Shown: positions 16,385 to 27,200 of the stretch, one piece after another
Numbering within the stretch: the first letter of the stretch is position 1
How the letters are laid out: each line of letters opens with the position of its first letter
IMG/VR virus record: IMGVR_UViG_3300030330_002183
Coordinates: 45,935-109,934 of that record
DNA from: a virus
Taxonomy: Duplodnaviria > Caudoviricetes
Length of the DNA: 64,000 nt
Direction: 5' to 3' (one strand)
Position numbers and translations under genes: made by a program
The notes under the pieces: model-generated
The model's input: the letters and a program-made list of their open reading frames with translations, nothing else
The model's database searches: none
Told to the model about the DNA's origin: nothing

Positions 16385-18244
16385 ATGAATTTAAATAACC
16401 AAATTCTGAGTGACATTACTGTCCATATGAAATACGCTAAGTACATTCCTGAATTAAAAAGAAGGGAGACTTGGGAAGAGCTTGTAACAAGAAACAAAGC
16501 TATGCATATTAAAACTTATCCTGCTCTTAAAGAAGAAATAGAGGATGTATACAAATTTGTATATGATAAAAAAATATTACCTTCTATGAGGTCTATGCAA
16601 TTTGGTGGCAAGCCTATTGAAATTAGTCCTAATAGAATATATAATTGTGCTTACCTTCCAATAGATAGCCTAGAGTCTTTTAGTGAATGTATGTTCCTAC
16701 TTCTTGGTGGAACTGGTGTTGGTTATTCTGTTCAAAGACATCATGTAGCAAAGCTGCCTCCTATAAATAAACCTTATAAAAAAAGAACCAAAAGATACTT
16801 GATAGGTGATAGTATAGAAGGTTGGGCTGACGCAGTCAAAGTTCTAGTTAAGTCTTACCTAAATGGTAGATCATCTAAAATTGTATTTGATTTCTCTGAT
16901 ATTAGACCTAAAGGTGCTAGACTTGTTACATCAGGTGGTAAAGCTCCTGGTCCTCAACCACTTAAAGAATGCTTACTAAAGGTAGAAGGTATACTAAATG
17001 CAAAAGAAGATGGTGATCAATTAAGCACACTTGAAGTACATGATATAGTATGTTATATTGCAGATGCAGTTCTTGCGGGTGGTATTAGACGTGCTGCTCT
17101 TATTAGTTTATTTAGTGCTGATGATAGTGAAATGATTGCATGTAAATCAGGTGCATGGTGGGAACTAAACCCACAACGTGGTAGAGCTAATAACTCTGCT
17201 GTATTAATGAGACATAAAATAACTAAGTCTTTCTTTATGGACTTATGGAAACGTGTTGAATTATCTGGAGCAGGTGAACCGGGTATATACTTTAATAATG
17301 ATAAAGACTGGGGTACTAATCCATGTTGTGAAATAGCACTAAGACCATTTCAGTTTTGTAATCTTTGTGAGGTTAATGTATCTACTATAGATTCACAAGA
17401 AGATCTAAATGAAAGAGTTAAGGCTGCTTCATTTATTGGAACACTTCAAGCTGGATATACAGACTTTCATTACCTTAGACCGGTATGGAAAGAGACTACA
17501 GAAAAAGATGCACTTATTGGTGTCTCTATGACTGGTATTGGTTCCGGTAGAATATTAGGTTATAACATGGAAGAAGCTGCTGAAATTGTTAAGAAAGAAA
17601 ATGCACGTGTTGCTAAAGCAATTGGCATTAAAAAATCAGCTAGAACAACTACTGTAAAACCTGCTGGCACAACATCATTAACATTAGGAACTTCATCTGG
17701 TATTCATGCATGGCATAATGACTATTATGTAAGAAGAATACGTGTAGGTAAGAATGAATCTATCTATACATATTTAGTAAATAATCATCCAGAGTTAGTA
17801 GAAGATTGTGTATTCCGTAGTCATGATACTGCAGTTATTAGTATACCACAATCAGCTCCAGAAGGATCTATACTTAGAACAGAGTCTCCTTTTGCACTTC
17901 TTGAAAGAATTAAAAAGGTTGCAACTGAATGGGTAAAGCCAGGTCATAGAACGGGTTCTAATACTCACAATGTCTCTGCTACTGTAAGTCTTAAAGAGGA
18001 AGATTGGGAGATGGCAGGTCAGTGGATGTGGGAGAATAGGGATCATTATAATGGATTGTCTGTTTTGCCTTATGATGGTGGTACATATACTCAAGCTCCA
18101 TTTGAAGACATTTCAAAAAGAAAGTTTAATGAAATGGTAAAATCTTTAATGGATGTTGATCTTTCTAAAGTTGTAGAAGATGATGATAACACCAATCTAT
18201 CAGGAGAATTAGCATGTGCAGGCGGTGCCTGTGAGGTTAAATAA
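16385..18244 (+). CDS. nrdJ: Class II (adenosylcobalamin-dependent) ribonucleotide reductase, monomeric RTPR type
   Basis: RRETWEE, LPSMR, YNC, GTGVG, GGIRRAALI, TNPCCEI, CNLCE, TTVKPAGT and C-terminal CAGGACE; no small subunit nearby. Start moved from the TTG at 16310 to the ATG at 16385. Confidence 0.93.
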   Translation: MNLNNQILSDITVHMKYAKYIPELKRRETWEELVTRNKAMHIKTYPALKEEIEDVYKFVYDKKILPSMRSMQFGGKPIEISPNRIYNCAYLPIDSLESFSECMFLLLGGTGVGYSVQRHHVAKLPPINKPYKKRTKRYLIGDSIEGWADAVKVLVKSYLNGRSSKIVFDFSDIRPKGARLVTSGGKAPGPQPLKECLLKVEGILNAKEDGDQLSTLEVHDIVCYIADAVLAGGIRRAALISLFSADDSEMIACKSGAWWELNPQRGRANNSAVLMRHKITKSFFMDLWKRVELSGAGEPGIYFNNDKDWGTNPCCEIALRPFQFCNLCEVNVSTIDSQEDLNERVKAASFIGTLQAGYTDFHYLRPVWKETTEKDALIGVSMTGIGSGRILGYNMEEAAEIVKKENARVAKAIGIKKSARTTTVKPAGTTSLTLGTSSGIHAWHNDYYVRRIRVGKNESIYTYLVNNHPELVEDCVFRSHDTAVISIPQSAPEGSILRTESPFALLERIKKVATEWVKPGHRTGSNTHNVSATVSLKEEDWEMAGQWMWENRDHYNGLSVLPYDGGTYTQAPFEDISKRKFNEMVKSLMDVDLSKVVEDDDNTNLSGELACAGGACEVK

Positions 18245-18559
18245 TTATTTTTTAGTTGGATCATACCAACTGTACTTTACAGTTAGCTCTTTACCTAGTT
18301 CAATTTTTTCTAGTGTAAAGAGCTTTCTTATTGTACCAGCTTCATCTGATTCTATTTTACAATTAGGTTTATCTGAATGATTTAGGAATCCTCCTAATGG
18401 AGTTCTTATATGATCATCTTGAAAATCTGGATCATATACATGTGTTATTCCTATTTCTATACCACCTGGTATATCCTCTGTAGCAAAAATACCTGCACCA
18501 TTTATATTAGATGGCCCTATAGATAAATAAGGCGGTAAAGGTTTATAGTTAGTTTTCAT
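18245..18559 (-). CDS. SET-domain protein (putative lysine methyltransferase)
   Basis: S.I.G.GIFA.EDI, GGFLNHSDKPNC and GKELTVKY motifs. Confidence 0.9.
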   Translation of the reverse strand: MKTNYKPLPPYLSIGPSNINGAGIFATEDIPGGIEIGITHVYDPDFQDDHIRTPLGGFLNHSDKPNCKIESDEAGTIRKLFTLEKIELGKELTVKYSWYDPTKK

Positions 18560-18662
18560 AACATTTAATTTTTTTACATAACTCTTCTATAGAATGTACC
18601 CACTCAGAGTAAGGTCTATTCCTATTGTACTGATCTATTCTCCACTTATCTGATCTTTCCAT
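18549..18662 (-). CDS. Small hypothetical protein (37 aa, MERSDKWRIDQYNRNRPYSEWVHSIEEL...)
   Basis: Hand-translated; start overlaps the stop of the 1877-aa gene (TAATG), end overlaps the SET start. Confidence 0.5.
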   Translation of the reverse strand: MERSDKWRIDQYNRNRPYSEWVHSIEELCKKIKCYEN

Positions 18663-21600
18663 TACTTAACAAACCAGTCATTGATAGTATCATAAGCAGA
18701 CCATCTATTTATCATATAAATAAGAGGTAAAGCATCTGCCCACTCTTTCTTAAGTTTTAAAGTTCCTTTACGTCCTGTTCTTTGGTAGTAAATTCTAGTA
18801 TCTTTTGTTATATCATAATCTTCCTCAAACAATCCATATACACCTAAGTTAGCCAAACCATATTGTCCTGTAGCTTTCATAGCTCCAGCTAACTCACCTA
18901 ATGATCTCATAATAGGTATAGGAGACTTAGCCATCATATACTGTTCAGTTGCTCCAAGTACTGGGAAGAAGAACATAAATTCTCTAGCTTGTCTGTTAAA
19001 CTGATAAATTAAAGCATTTTCTAGTCTCTTTTGTGTTTGACCTTTGTCATCATCATCATCATCAAATAAGTTTCCAAGTATCATAGCTATAATAAAACTA
19101 GACATAGCAATACCAAAATCAGCTAAGGTTCTATACATACCTTTTATTTTATTATCAGTTCTTTCTTTTCCTAACTGAAACTCCATTTCTCTAAATGCTT
19201 TACCTATCTGACCCTTTTCTTTGATAATGTATCCCATTACATTTAAGAATGATTTGTACCTTCCTTCTACCCAACCTAAGTTTTCATTGTAGTATTCTTT
19301 TCTAAATCTTGCATCTAAACCAGGTACAACCCACTTATGGAACTGTGCAATTAATTGACCTAGTACATGATCTTGAATAACCATTCTATCAGCATATGCA
19401 TAGTTACCATGAATTTGTTTATTAACTTCACGGATTTGATTTCTTACATCATACCTTGTATTTTCATCTGCTAAATCTTGTGTAACTAAATTACCTTCAC
19501 TATCCGTTCTTCTCTCATTAAATCTTATTAATTGATCAAAACCTTCTTTTAATGTTATTTTTCCTGTAGAAGCATTATACTGTAATGCATCATAATATGA
19601 TGTTTCTTCACCAGTTTCTGAATTTCTTACAGTTGTTGACATCATAATAGCCATACCTACTTTAGTCTGTACATTATATTCTGCCATATCTTGAAACATA
19701 TAAGCAGCATCCCAAGCTTTATCTTTTATATCTTGAGCACCTTCTTTTCCTTGTTCACGTATATCAGCTGCATCATCCATCATTCTCATATATGCAGCAA
19801 TAGCTTCATATTTACTTCTAGGTATATATTTTTTATAACCATCACCACCAATAACTGGAGCCCAAGTAGATGAGTCACCAAGACTAGTCATCATTAAAGG
19901 TATTGATTTATTATACTCTACAACAGCTCTAGCATATGCAGCTCTATCATAGTATCTACCACCAGCAACCTCAACCATATTGTTGAGTCTACCCATAGCA
20001 TAGTTATTAATATTACCAAACCAGTTAAGACCTACATATGTTAAAGATGTATATGATACTAAACCTCTAGCTACTTTATCCATCCAATCTTGTGTTTTTC
20101 TATTATTGTCATAGTAAACCATGTTTACCCATTTTTTAGCTCTTTTAACAATATTAGAATCTTCACCTTTAGCAACTTCTTCTGTTTGTCCTTTACCTAC
20201 AGCACTTCTTAAACTTCCAGCAACACCAATAAAACCTTCTTTAGTATATCTTCTATTCTCCATTGTCTTAATAATAGCTGCAACACTATTTTTAATCTCT
20301 GACATTGTTTGATAGTTTTGAGCCATACTATTAAATAGTAGTAGATTTCTACCCATGTCTTGGCTTAATTCAGTTTTAGAAGGTGCTGCTTGTACACTAT
20401 TTCTTTCTGCTTCTAACTCTGCTTTCTTTTGTTTATACTCATCAGTTTTAATTTGTTTATTTTTAAAACTTTGTTCTAATGCTTCTATATCACTATTAAT
20501 AGCTGCAAGTTTTTTCTCATCTTGTGTACTACCAACATAATAAATTGGTAAAGTATTTTCTATAAAATTACCTTCAGAATCAGTAACAACTTTTTCTACA
20601 CGTAGTGTAGTGCTAAATAAATTTTTAATACCATCTGATGCTTTTGCTGTTAGTTTACCTAAAAGACCTCCTTCTCTTCTAACTTCATTTAAAAAGTTTT
20701 CTCTAATTGTTAATGAGTTACCTAGCATTTTAGCTTGTATAGATTCTGGTAACATTTTAAGAAGATCTTCCTCAAACAATCTTACATACATTAAATAGAA
20801 TTCTTTTTGAGCAACTGCAAGTGAGTCATTAGGATTAGGATTCATTAGTTTTTCATACTTGTCACTAACCATTCTATCTCCATTCCTTGCAACATCTCTA
20901 ACCTCTATAAAAGCAGACTTAACAAATCCAATACCACCTCCATCATATCCAGAGTCCTGTCTTTTTACAAGACCGGTAGGTCTTCCATCTGCATCTTTTT
21001 CAATATAGTTTCCTGGTGCAAGATTATGATACTTGTTTAAAAATTCTCTTCTTTGTCTAGTACTAGCACTAGCTTTAAACTTCCAACGTCCACTTTCTTT
21101 ATTAGCAAATAATGAAAAGTACATAAGTTTTTCTCTTGCATCTTTGTACTCTTTAGTATATCTATGATAATCACCATCTTGTGGTTTACCATCTATAACC
21201 CTTTCTCCACGCATAAAGTCTGAATATGCCTTTCTTTGCTCATAAAGTTTTCTATTATATTCTAACTCTTCTGTTGTATAGTCTTCTAAGTTATCTTTAT
21301 AAATATAAGGGTCTTTAAATATAGATTCTCCTCTTTCATTATATCTTAACTGTGTCCATTGAGCATCATATTTTTGTCCTATCCTTTTAACATATGTTCC
21401 TAAAAAGTTTCCATCTTTATCATAGTTAAGCATAAAACTATAATCTACTTTACCACCCGGTGATAATTTTGCTAATTTACTTGATCTTCTTCTAATCTCA
21501 TCTGCTCTTTCTTCAGCTAAATCAAGTGTTTTTTGCACTTGTCTTTTATATATTTTATCTAATAGTTGAGATAATGGATCAGAACTTGTTGCTAAATCAC

Positions 21601-24295
21601 TAACACCAAATCTTGTTGTACTTATATCAGCAATAGGAGTATCATGAGTTGTAATAATATTTCTTATATCTTCTTCTGTTAGACTAGCATTAGTTGTGTT
21701 TGTCCTAAACAATTCTAAAGTATAGTTTGTTATACCAGCATTAATAAGACCTTTATTTACATATGCTCCTTCACCTAAAACTTGATCAAGAAGAGTTCTT
21801 AGCTGATCTCTTAACTGTTGAGATCTATTTCCAAGGGGTGCACCTTTTGGATTTGATATAACATCAATACCTCTATATGTTTTAGCAACACCTTCCATTG
21901 CAAATATTCTATCTATATATTTTGTTGTTCCTTGTTCTTTAGGATCATTAATATAATTTATAAACTCTTGGATTTCATTAACAGATCTTTCTAATAGTTC
22001 ATCATAAATAACATCAGATGTTCCAAGCATTCTAGCTGTTTGAATATCATTGATTGCTTTGTCTATAGATTTTAAAATTTGTGTAACATCTTCTGTTTGC
22101 TGTCCTCTATCTTGTAATCTTTCTAATGCTTCTTTTCTAGATACAAGTTTTACTTGATAACTTTTAAGTGTATCATTTTTAATTTGATACATATCAGTCT
22201 CAGTGTATGCGCCATCTGGTTGTTGATCACTTTCATTTAATTTATTTGTATCAGCTTGATTTGCTCTTTCTTCTTTAGCAAATACGTCTTCATTTAAAGG
22301 AACTACTTGATCAACAAAGTGACCCATTTGAGCTGGATTATGATATGTTGTACCTTCTACTCTAAAATTTGTAACTTTTTTACCAGATAAATCAACCTTA
22401 ATATGTATTGTTTGTGAGTCAGTACTAACTTCATAACCCATATTTTGAAGTATTCTTCTATATGTATTTACCTGTAGATTATGTTGTGTTTTTGTAGTAA
22501 ACTTTTGCTGATCATTCTTTGATGCATCTGGATCATAAAATACACTACCTTCATTTACAGGATACTTTCTAGTTTCATATTGACTATCTTTGCTAGGATT
22601 CTTACTTGTTTTAAGATCTACAATAGTAAGTGTTCCATCATTATGAACTACAAGTAAATCAATTGTACCAGCTATTGATGTACCCGCATCAGCTATTACA
22701 ACTTGTGGTATTACAACAGCACCTTGATCTCTATACATAGTTAGCATAGTTTGTATTTGATCAACAGCTCTAATTACCTGATCAGCTTGAAGCACTTTCA
22801 TTTTACCTGTAAGTGATTCTATATCAGCTTGTTCACCTATAGGCATTACAGCTATATACTCCATGATAACATCAAAATCATCACCTATATCTCTATTAAT
22901 CTTATATTTATTCTCAGGATCATTTAAATTACCTTTGATCATACCGGTAACAGAACTAAACTGCTCACCTGTCTCTACATTTATATATGTATGATCTTCT
23001 TTATTTAATATAACTAAAGGTGTATCAGTGCCAGTAAGAGAACTACCTACAGTAAAATCTTCAAATTTTTCTTTATTATCTATGTTTTCACCTGTCAGCT
23101 CTGCTATCCTTTGTGCTTGAACATCTGTTGTAGCTTGATTTTTTAATTCTTTTACTTGTGCTTTTCTTTCTGGTGTGAGAGAAAATCTAACTCTACTATC
23201 TCCAATAGACTCTCTATCAAATCTAAATTCTAACGCATCATTGTTTAAAAGCTTTGCTAAACTAGATAATGTATTATCTGATCTTAATGTATTAGCTTTT
23301 ATAGGAACTCTTTTACCTTGTAAATACAAACTCATATCTTGAATAACATCAAGTATAAATTTTAATAGTTCAGATAACTTTTGTTTCCATGTAAGAGTAG
23401 GTCTTTCTTCATACTCTTTGTTAAAGTGTCTAGATAAAGCTTGAGTAACTAACTCAATATTTCTATCTTGATTTGTAAATCCTCTTCTAGATGTGTATGT
23501 ACCATCTATTTCTAACTTTAATTGAGGAAACATTTTTTTAGCTTCTGCTAACAAGCTATTAAATAAAGCTGGTTTTTGTAAAAATACTGCATCAATAAAT
23601 GGATGTAATACTTCTTCTACAGCTGTATCAGAATTAACCCTTCCTTTAATGATATATGCTACACCGTTAACATAGTAACTTCTAAGACTATTAAAACCAA
23701 CACCTCTTTTTTGATAAGGTGTTAGTGAATCATAATACTCCTTTGCTTCTTTTACACTAGATACTCTAATGTCTAGCTGAGGAAATATACCTTGCATATG
23801 ATTTACTATGTCAAGTATATGTGTTTTATCTTTATTATTGTTTTGAGATATAATATCCTGTGGTGCAAATATTACAGGATTCATAGTAACTTTATATGTG
23901 TTCTCTGTTCTTGTAATGTTTACAGAGTCTCTAGATATATTCCAGAAATCAAGTAAGTTTAAAAGCTTAAGTCTATTATTCTCTGCTACTTTTCTATCAA
24001 CTCTTTCTATTTGTCCTGGCTCAGTTACATTTATATAATAACTTCCATTATACATACTGATCAAACCTGCATTGTCTAGATTAGCTAATATAGCATCAGC
24101 ATATTGCTTTTGCTTAAGAGAAAACTTAACTCTTTCATTTGCAATATATTTTTCAGCTTGAAATATAGTAGGAAAATTATCTGACTTTGTGCTCTTTTGC
24201 CATCTATCAATAATACTATCTACTAATAACTGATCTTCATACTTAGCTTCTAAAGCTTTATACTCTGCATTATTTCTATTAAAACACTTTGCCAT
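18662..24295 (-). CDS. Large crAss-like virion/ejected protein (1877 aa) with degenerate zincin-like motif and PD-(D/E)xK nuclease domain
   Basis: AVEEVLHPF...IELVTQ; IAGTIDLL...IVDLKTS...QHNLQVNTY; helical C-terminal part with hydrophobic FGIAMSSFIIAMILG; directly downstream of the virion RNAP gene. Confidence 0.75.
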   Translation of the reverse strand: MAKCFNRNNAEYKALEAKYEDQLLVDSIIDRWQKSTKSDNFPTIFQAEKYIANERVKFSLKQKQYADAILANLDNAGLISMYNGSYYINVTEPGQIERVDRKVAENNRLKLLNLLDFWNISRDSVNITRTENTYKVTMNPVIFAPQDIISQNNNKDKTHILDIVNHMQGIFPQLDIRVSSVKEAKEYYDSLTPYQKRGVGFNSLRSYYVNGVAYIIKGRVNSDTAVEEVLHPFIDAVFLQKPALFNSLLAEAKKMFPQLKLEIDGTYTSRRGFTNQDRNIELVTQALSRHFNKEYEERPTLTWKQKLSELLKFILDVIQDMSLYLQGKRVPIKANTLRSDNTLSSLAKLLNNDALEFRFDRESIGDSRVRFSLTPERKAQVKELKNQATTDVQAQRIAELTGENIDNKEKFEDFTVGSSLTGTDTPLVILNKEDHTYINVETGEQFSSVTGMIKGNLNDPENKYKINRDIGDDFDVIMEYIAVMPIGEQADIESLTGKMKVLQADQVIRAVDQIQTMLTMYRDQGAVVIPQVVIADAGTSIAGTIDLLVVHNDGTLTIVDLKTSKNPSKDSQYETRKYPVNEGSVFYDPDASKNDQQKFTTKTQHNLQVNTYRRILQNMGYEVSTDSQTIHIKVDLSGKKVTNFRVEGTTYHNPAQMGHFVDQVVPLNEDVFAKEERANQADTNKLNESDQQPDGAYTETDMYQIKNDTLKSYQVKLVSRKEALERLQDRGQQTEDVTQILKSIDKAINDIQTARMLGTSDVIYDELLERSVNEIQEFINYINDPKEQGTTKYIDRIFAMEGVAKTYRGIDVISNPKGAPLGNRSQQLRDQLRTLLDQVLGEGAYVNKGLINAGITNYTLELFRTNTTNASLTEEDIRNIITTHDTPIADISTTRFGVSDLATSSDPLSQLLDKIYKRQVQKTLDLAEERADEIRRRSSKLAKLSPGGKVDYSFMLNYDKDGNFLGTYVKRIGQKYDAQWTQLRYNERGESIFKDPYIYKDNLEDYTTEELEYNRKLYEQRKAYSDFMRGERVIDGKPQDGDYHRYTKEYKDAREKLMYFSLFANKESGRWKFKASASTRQRREFLNKYHNLAPGNYIEKDADGRPTGLVKRQDSGYDGGGIGFVKSAFIEVRDVARNGDRMVSDKYEKLMNPNPNDSLAVAQKEFYLMYVRLFEEDLLKMLPESIQAKMLGNSLTIRENFLNEVRREGGLLGKLTAKASDGIKNLFSTTLRVEKVVTDSEGNFIENTLPIYYVGSTQDEKKLAAINSDIEALEQSFKNKQIKTDEYKQKKAELEAERNSVQAAPSKTELSQDMGRNLLLFNSMAQNYQTMSEIKNSVAAIIKTMENRRYTKEGFIGVAGSLRSAVGKGQTEEVAKGEDSNIVKRAKKWVNMVYYDNNRKTQDWMDKVARGLVSYTSLTYVGLNWFGNINNYAMGRLNNMVEVAGGRYYDRAAYARAVVEYNKSIPLMMTSLGDSSTWAPVIGGDGYKKYIPRSKYEAIAAYMRMMDDAADIREQGKEGAQDIKDKAWDAAYMFQDMAEYNVQTKVGMAIMMSTTVRNSETGEETSYYDALQYNASTGKITLKEGFDQLIRFNERRTDSEGNLVTQDLADENTRYDVRNQIREVNKQIHGNYAYADRMVIQDHVLGQLIAQFHKWVVPGLDARFRKEYYNENLGWVEGRYKSFLNVMGYIIKEKGQIGKAFREMEFQLGKERTDNKIKGMYRTLADFGIAMSSFIIAMILGNLFDDDDDDKGQTQKRLENALIYQFNRQAREFMFFFPVLGATEQYMMAKSPIPIMRSLGELAGAMKATGQYGLANLGVYGLFEEDYDITKDTRIYYQRTGRKGTLKLKKEWADALPLIYMINRWSAYDTINDWFVK

Positions 24296-24297
24296 AA

Positions 24298-27200
24298 TTA
24301 TTTACATTTTTTAAGCCTTTCCATAAACTCTTCTTGAGTTAAAGGAACAATTGCATTTGCGGTTTTATATCTTGCTATTGCTGATTCTGCACTACCAATA
24401 TTTTGTCTATCAGATATTTCTTTTTTCTGATCAGCAGTTAAATTAGTCCATTCAGTTTCTATGGTAGAGTAATCAGCATTAGGATCTTCTTTTACTTGAA
24501 CCTTAATACTATTTCCAGCAATATTCACATTTATGTTTTCATTTAATTGATCTGTATTATTCTCACTCATCTCTTGGATTTTTTCCAAGTTAGATTTTTC
24601 TCTATCCTTTTTAGTTTCTGCCTTTATAGCTTCTAAATCCTCTTTAGAAATAGACATAGATTTATCAGTTGCATTTATAACAACACCTTTCATACCCATA
24701 CCTATTGGATCTTTACTTTGTGAAGCTGCTATTTTATCCATAGCACTTTCATTTGTATCAACAGCAGAATCTCTATTTTCTTTTTTCTCTTGCAAGTATT
24801 CATATGTTGATCTATCACCGTGTATAAATCCAGCATCATATTGTTGCATAGATCCTTTTGTTTTTATTTCTTCATACACAGCTTTTAATCCATATGCAAT
24901 ATTTTCTTCTGCAAAGTTAATAGTATCTGAATAATTACCAAACTCTTTTGGAGTATATAAATACTTAAGAACAAATGTTCTAACATCTTTCTTTGCTCTA
25001 CTACCTGGAATTTTCTTTGAAGTACTTACATCCATTTTTATTTCTTGAGGAAAACCTATAAGATCCATTTTTTTAGTACCTGCTTTTGTAGTAACTTCTA
25101 CTTGTATACTATTAAAATTAGTTGCACGTTTTATACTTCTTGTATTTTTTTCTCTTCTTGCATCTACAACAAAATCTAAATTTTGATACTTACCTTTCTT
25201 TCTTGACTCTTTCTTAGAATAACTTTCTTTGTGATTAGCATTAAACTCTATTGTCCAACTTTCATCTTCTTGCTGTTCTAATAATATAGGTTTTCTATTT
25301 CTTTTTGTTTTCTGACCTTCTTTAAAAGGAACAACTTGTGATGTAACTTGATTTCTACCTACAGTTCTTTTTACTTCATTTAAGAAATATATATTACCTC
25401 TTGAGTTTGAATATCCTTCAACCCATTCTCTTAATAGTTCATCTCTTGTTTCACCAAACAATTGAACAAACTGACCGTTAGATATATCTTCATTATTAAA
25501 TAAATCTGTTACATTACCTGAAACATTTAATATATCATCAAGTAGTGGAACTGGTATTAAATCAATAAATGTATCTCTTGCATATGTTAGTCCATCTTTT
25601 AATATCAAATAGTGAATTAAGTGTCTCACATCTTCTCTTAATTCTGGCATTGCATATAGATCTCTTAATCCATTTTGAAGATTAGTTACTTGACCTGCAC
25701 TTATATTTGTCCAAGTATTAGATGTAACCATATTAATCATTGCTTTATTTACAGGGTTCTTAGTATCTCTTTTACTTATAAACTCCATAAAAGCATTTGA
25801 TTTTTTTTGTTTAGCTAATACTGTTTTTATGTTATCAAATACTGTATTTATTGTTATTGGTCCTGCATATTCATCATAGATAAATCCATTTTCTAATGAT
25901 ACATTTAGTCTAGCATTTCCTTTATCATTTAAAGCTTTCATGTATGCTTTTATAATAAAGAAACTTAAAAGATCTTTGTCTATTTTTTCTGTTTGAACAT
26001 AAGGTAAATTTGCTTTTGTTACATTTCTAAACTTATCAAAAGTTGGAGACATTGTAACAAATACTGCTGGCATAGCTTGTTTTAAATTATCTAATATAGC
26101 AGCATATCTACCTTGGAAAGTTTTATCTTTATTAAACAAAAATCTAGCATCAAAAGGAATTGTTGTATCCCTATCAAAAGTTTTATCATTCATAAACACA
26201 CCAACTTCATTCATTTTTTGATATGCAAAGTTTATATCTTCTATGGATGTAAAATCAAATGATGTATTTGTAGATAATACTTGTAAAGCTTGTAATTTAT
26301 TACTTAAATTAAGAGCATTTTTAAATAACTGTAGTATAGCTAATTTTTCAATATTGTCTGCAGAATCAGGACTTTTAATTTCATCAACTAACATGTCAGT
26401 TGTTACTACAGTATCTTGAGCTAACATTTTAGCATCATCATTTAGTGATTCTAAATCATTCATTGCTCTAGTTAATAATCTTCCAACACTACCCTCACCA
26501 GCATCTACACGTGCATATATATCACGTATAGTTGGTTGATTAATTAACATTATTGCAGTTTTAAGATCTACACCTAAACTTAGTAAACCTACTGTAAGTG
26601 CTAATGCATTTTTATTTAAACCAAGTTTTCCTAAAAGTCTTTCTTTAGCATTGTCTGTTGCAGCTGTTACTAGTGCAGATATAATAAATTGTTTTCTATC
26701 ACCAGAAATTAATGGTTTTTGTGTAGCTGGATCTATAATATAATCACCACTAAAAGTATTGTAATTATATCCATTTATTTCTATAGTTCCCCCACTTATG
26801 GACATACCTCTTCCATTTGTAGGTCTTAAATTTACATTGTATTCTTTGAGAATATTAACAATAATATTAGGTAATACTGCTGCACCAATAGCTCCTGCTC
26901 CTGCTTTATTGTTTACCCAAGATCTGTACATTCCAACAGGACTTTCAATAATAACACCTTCTTCTGTTACAAGATCAGCTAGCTCAGGTAATGTTTCTTC
27001 TATTTCATTCCATACCTCCTCTACAGGATCTAATACTGCAGGTTCATAAGCTGCACCAACAGGTCTATCAAATCTACCTTCTGTCATTCCAACATTACCT
27101 AACATAGCATATTTTAAATCTAATACTTGATTGCTTTGTGCTGCTGTATATGGTAATCTATAAAATACCTTATCACCTATTTTTTGTTTATATTTTTCTT

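Noticed and set aside
1346-18244. Inteins or group I introns in polB and nrdJ
   Set aside because: Both are compact with contiguous motifs; no intein C...HN ends or homing endonuclease ORFs seen.
19045-19063. (TCA)n microsatellite
   Set aside because: Encodes a poly-Asp tract after a hydrophobic helix; no sign of phase variation.
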